DNA of 63,880 nt, counting the filler, from Perkinsus chesapeaki ATCC PRA-425 (Eukaryota; Protista; Perkinsozoa): the NCBI GenBank assembly GCA_013115145.1. It is 7 parts of 7 records of this genome, joined end to end, with 100 filler letters (N's around TTAATTAATTAA, not from the genome) between each part and the next. Parts side by side here need not be neighbours in the genome. Positions count along the whole stretch, not along the records: positions 51,647 to 61,333 come from JAAPAO010000928.1; positions 61,434 to 62,728 come from JAAPAO010002052.1; positions 62,829 to 63,880 come from JAAPAO010002251.1; 4 more parts are not named here. One strand, written 5' to 3'. The position numbers and the translations under genes were made by a program. Below, piece after piece: positions 60,013 through 63,880 of the stretch (the stretch's first letter is position 1; each line of letters begins with the position of its first letter). The notes beneath the pieces are model-generated. The model was given only the letters and a program-made list of their open reading frames with translations, was not told where the DNA came from and made no database searches.

Positions 60013-60623
60013 ATGAATCCGCCTCGAGAGGGTAAATATCTAGCGGAGCGATGCTCTGTTATACAGGCCCTCAAGGGGGTGATGGAGGAGATGACGGCCA
60101 AGGGGACCCTCACAGGCGCTGAGGTGACCAAGGGGCTCCGCTACTCCGGCACTAGGGATGGCTCAGGCCGACACTCTGGTGAACCTCGCCTTCGAGGAGC
60201 TGCTGGCCGAGTTCGACGAGTCCCCGACGTCCGAGAGAAGGGTGGTTGTACGGAACGGTATGATTGGCATGTACAGGTAGATGACAGGTCGACACAGTGG
60301 TGGTGATACGGGAGGCTCAGATACAACGCTGGTGATTGGGAGCTCACGTTTTGCTACCCGGACTTCAGCCTCCAGGACGCCAGGACCAACGCAGTGAGTC
60401 CTTTGGGAGGGCCAAACATTGGCATGATCGGCACGGTAGGGAATGGTTTGATGGGAGAGCTTGATTGTTGTGGAGTTTAGGGAGAGCCTATCATCAAGGG
60501 TCGACGGAAGAACAAGGCCAGGGGAGGCCCGCAGCGGGTGAGTAGTAGTGGCGGTTTCGTGGGGGATTTACCCCTTAGTCTGGTTGGGGTGCCGCTGATG
60601 ATGATGACGATGAAGATTGGTGA
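60013..60623 (+). CDS. Transcription factor IIA gamma (small) subunit-like, multi-exon
   Basis: YLAERCSVIQALKGVMEEMTAKGTLTGAE|ADTLVNLAFEELLAEFD...RVVVRNGMIGMYR|YNAGDWELTF parallels TFIIA-gamma Y..YR.S.IG..L...L..L...G.I...A...L..FD and G.L.TYRFCDNVWTF. The 3' end is uncertain. Confidence 0.6.
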
Positions 60624-60746
60624 AGCTGTTCCTTTTCTATTATAATGTGTTGGGTTGTTAAAGAGTGCAATGACGAGGTCGCGACACACAGAAGCATGCC
60701 GCTGTCCCGTACGGTATATCGTGAGGGGAATGCTGGCGTCCCTTAT

Positions 60747-60975
60747 TGAGGTGACACAGTACGTACTTGGGGCTTAGTGAGGTGACACAGTACGTACTTG
60801 GGGCTTAGTGAGGTGACACAGTACGTACTTGGGGCTTAGTGAGGTGACACTNNNNNNNNNNNNNNNNNNNNNNNNNNNNNNNNNNNNNNNNNNNNNNNNN
60901 NNNNNNNNNNNNNNNNNNNNNNNNNNNNNNNNNNNNNNNNNNNNNNNNNCAGTACGTACTTGGGGCTTAGTGAGG
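60747..60975. repeat. 31-bp minisatellite spanning an assembly gap
   Basis: tgaggtgacacagtacgtacttggggcttag at 60747, 60778 and 60809, a partial at 60840, resuming at 60950. Confidence 0.93.
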
Positions 60976-61433
60976 CGACTTATCAGAGCCACGATGCGTT
61001 GGACGTTAATGTTAATTCCATCTCAACCTCCGCCGCCGCCGCTACTACGTGATACAAACCCATCATCATCCACCGGCAGTCTGTGACGCCGTGACGTTAC
61101 GAGATTAATAGGCATTAAAGCATAAGGGTAAAAAGACAACGGATCAACCTGTGGAAGGGGAAAACCTGGCAAACAGCAAACGGTCAAAATTTCCCCCTGA
61201 AAGCGAATAGAAGGACATCGTTCCCAAAAAAGTGAACAAAGGCTAAAAACGCTGCGTAGAGCGCACGTGGCGGTCTAGTGGTTGAACTCGACATGGAAAT
61301 GGGATGGGATCAAAAAGTTTCTTATATCTTATTNNNNNNNNNNNNNNNNNNNNNNNNNNNNNNNNNNNNNNNNNNNNTTAATTAATTAANNNNNNNNNNN
61401 NNNNNNNNNNNNNNNNNNNNNNNNNNNNNNNNN

Positions 61434-62728
61434 GAATAAAATTCGGTTACTATAATACACACGGTTTCCCACCAAAATGCGTATCACCTTATTTCCCTCA
61501 ATATGCAGCTTCAAGAAAGCTTTTTCGAGATCAAGGAACCAAACTTCATAATGTGGGCGATAACGGCTTCTTATGATGTCCACCATGCCACCCACGGTTC
61601 GACCACAATAGGAACTGGAAAATAACGTCCTATTTAAGATTCTGCAATCGCTGCAGGGCCGAACCCGTGTACTTTTAGAAGGGTCCTGACATACAGGAAA
61701 GGTACAAACCGCAGGGGTGATAATTTCAGCATCTGGGGGAGGGACTTCAAACCACCAACCATTTTCGCGAAACTTCGCGATTTCACCCCAGAACTCACTT
61801 CGTTGTTGAGGAGATAACTTTTGTAGAAGTCCAACAGAGAAATCATGTACATGGCTATCATCAGACAGCTGAGTGTTCGCTGCCCAACTGACCTCGAAGA
61901 CCCATTTCTGCTGAGGCATATCAGCATGGTCACGACCAGAAATAGGGCGGAGGCGGCCATTAAATTTGGGGGCCCCCAATAGAGGGGTCCAAATACCAAC
62001 ACGGGACTGGAGGTAATCAATAGCTACACGTGTCAGCGTCGATAAAGGCGTATCTATATCGGCCGTAGCGGCACAATACTGGGGAAAGGTCACCTTTACT
62101 CCAATACGACTCAAGTCTCGGAAACCAACTAACAGGTCGCAATCACACGACTGTTTCAACACATCCTCAGATACTACGAGACATCGCAATTCAATAATGC
62201 CTTTAATAGGTATAAACACTCTTATGGTAGTCACCTTCCCGGGACTAGATGTACTTCCTAGGGAAGTCAAACTTGTACTATCGCCCTTTATTGAACAACC
62301 CAATCTCTGGGAGAGCGAAGCAGTTATCAAGTTTACAGAGCTCATCGTGTCAAGAGCAACACGACCCACTTCTCCAGCTCCATCAGGGTCGTTAGGTAAC
62401 ACTCGAATATAACTTGTGAGGAGAGAGTGGGATATCTGTAAAGAAACCGCATTCGAAGGAGTCACACCTTCAGATGAAGAGACGACGGAAGGATCAGGCC
62501 GAGGACTAAGCGTAACAGGAGAATTACCTTTCACGTCCTTCTTAGAGGGACGGGCAAATGCATAGTGGCCCTGTTTCCCACACTTATAACAAGTGACCTT
62601 TTTAGGGTTCTTTACTGGTGCGGATGCCAGAGCAAGCTTCTGCTTACGAGAGTCATCAGACTGTGAAGTAGTAGAAGAGCCACGAGAATATTTCCCATCA
62701 CTGGGAGACTGCAATTCACTTGTAGTAA
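61434..62728 (-). mobile_element. LTR retrotransposon gag-protease-RT fragment (between two gaps)
   Basis: One open frame with a zinc knuckle CYKCGKQGHYAFAR, aspartic protease VALDTMSSVNLI, and RT start VRPCSDCRILN...FLDLEKAF. Confidence 0.85.
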
Positions 62729-62830
62729 NNNNNNNNNNNNNNNNNNNNNNNNNNNNNNNNNNNNNNNNNNNNTTAATTAATTAANNNNNNNNNNNNNNNN
62801 NNNNNNNNNNNNNNNNNNNNNNNNNNNNCG

Positions 62831-63880
62831 AAGCTCGGTAATCTATGTGCGCATGCGCGCAGTTCCTGTCCGGTGTGCCAGAAAGTTGATGATGCTGGAC
62901 GGTTGCAGGTGCCAATGGGTACGCGACGCCCCTCTAAAGTTATGGAACCTTGGCGCCGCGTTGGTGTCGATCTACTTCACCTTGGCCGTGGTGGTATGAT
63001 ATTGACTATGTGCTGTGATTTCTGTTCATATATGGATTTTGAAGTAGTTGTGGACCGCCTTCATTCTTCCTTGATCAAAGCAATGACTACGATATGTTTG
63101 CGATGCGGATGGCCCTTGTATATTCAAAGCGACTCTGAGTTCCGGAGTGATGAGATCACGGGTTGGGCGTCCCGCAATGGTATCCGTAAATGGACCTTTG
63201 GATGGCCTAACCATGGTCAGTCTGGTGGTTGGTATGAAAGGCGACATCGTATGGTTGTTGATGTCCTTCGACGTTGGACTCTGGCCACTGGTAATCTGTG
63301 GAGTGACCCTATCAGTCTTGCCTATGCGCGGTGGGTTATCAATCACAGTGAGATAGGTAACTCTGGAATCTGCCCACAGCTTGCTATGTATGGAAGGCTC
63401 GTGACATTGCCATGTATGAGACCTATGGACGACACTTCCGGTGAGGGAGGTTCTGGCGTTGCGCATGCTGAGACCGTCTCCGACCTACTCCAACTGGCTG
63501 GAGAGACTGGCCCTGAGCATCGTACTGTAGTGGCACAGCTCCTTAATACATGGTTGGATATGAGAGAGCAGAGCAATCCTTCGATGAAGATTGACCATTC
63601 CATTAAAGTTGGTCAACTTGTTTATGTCTATACCAACAGGCCGTCTAAGTTGGAAGTCTGCTGGCGAGGCCCCTATTCGGTTGTATCCTTGGCTGGCCGT
63701 AGTGCAACGCTTGGCACTGAGCGTGGTTTGGAGACCCACTATCTTGGTAATATGAAGCGTTGCAAGGAAGGTAGCCTGGTTGAATCTGCCGGTCGCCCGA
63801 CGAGGTTTGCTGCCCAACGCTCTTCTACGTTGACTCGTGAGCTGCTTCAAAGTGAGTATCGGGTTCAACGTGCTGAAGGA
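62831..63880 (+). mobile_element. LTR retrotransposon integrase fragment (open at both ends)
   Basis: Open frame from the gap to the window end: CPVCQK, PWRRVGVDLL (D1), GWPLYIQSDSEFRS (D2), PNHGQSGGWYERRHR (E), and a GPY/F module VGQLVYV...KLEVCWRGPYSVV. Missing from the ORF track because it has no stop. Confidence 0.88.

Overview
Eukaryotic scaffold window, most likely a perkinsid alveolate such as Perkinsus marinus. This is an inference from the short GT-AG introns, Perkinsus-style secreted 'QPxGxY...GDL.TLTF' proteins, and seven ~100-N gaps, six padded with the artificial TTAATTAATTAA spacer. Gene content read by hand: NAA50-like acetyltransferase; a small mitochondrial-type ORF; four tandem intronless MDR/quinone-oxidoreductase genes, with a gene-conversion tract shared by copies 2 and 3; lineage-specific secreted genes plus a pseudogene; multi-exon coiled-coil genes; an intronless PiT/SLC20 phosphate transporter with a C-terminal EF-hand; an EDC4-C-terminus-like gene divergent from NAF1; a full multi-exon BBS1 with a 673-bp MITE in an intron; a secreted LpqC/PHB-depolymerase-type esterase; an amino-acid-transporter pseudogene; SSNA1/DIP13-like and TFIIA-gamma-like genes; and LTR-retrotransposon fragments. 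The most striking candidate is a tandem pair of ~7-TM membrane proteins (52.4-58.8 kb). Their first helices align without gaps to Orai/CRAC TM1-TM2; one copy has the selectivity-filter Glu and the other has Lys there plus a WW domain. Non-coding signals include several long palindromes with 0-1-nt centres, a recurrent GCATGCGTGCAG upstream motif, and minisatellites. All homology calls are by eye from remembered consensus sequences; no searches were run, and exon boundaries not given explicitly are approximate.
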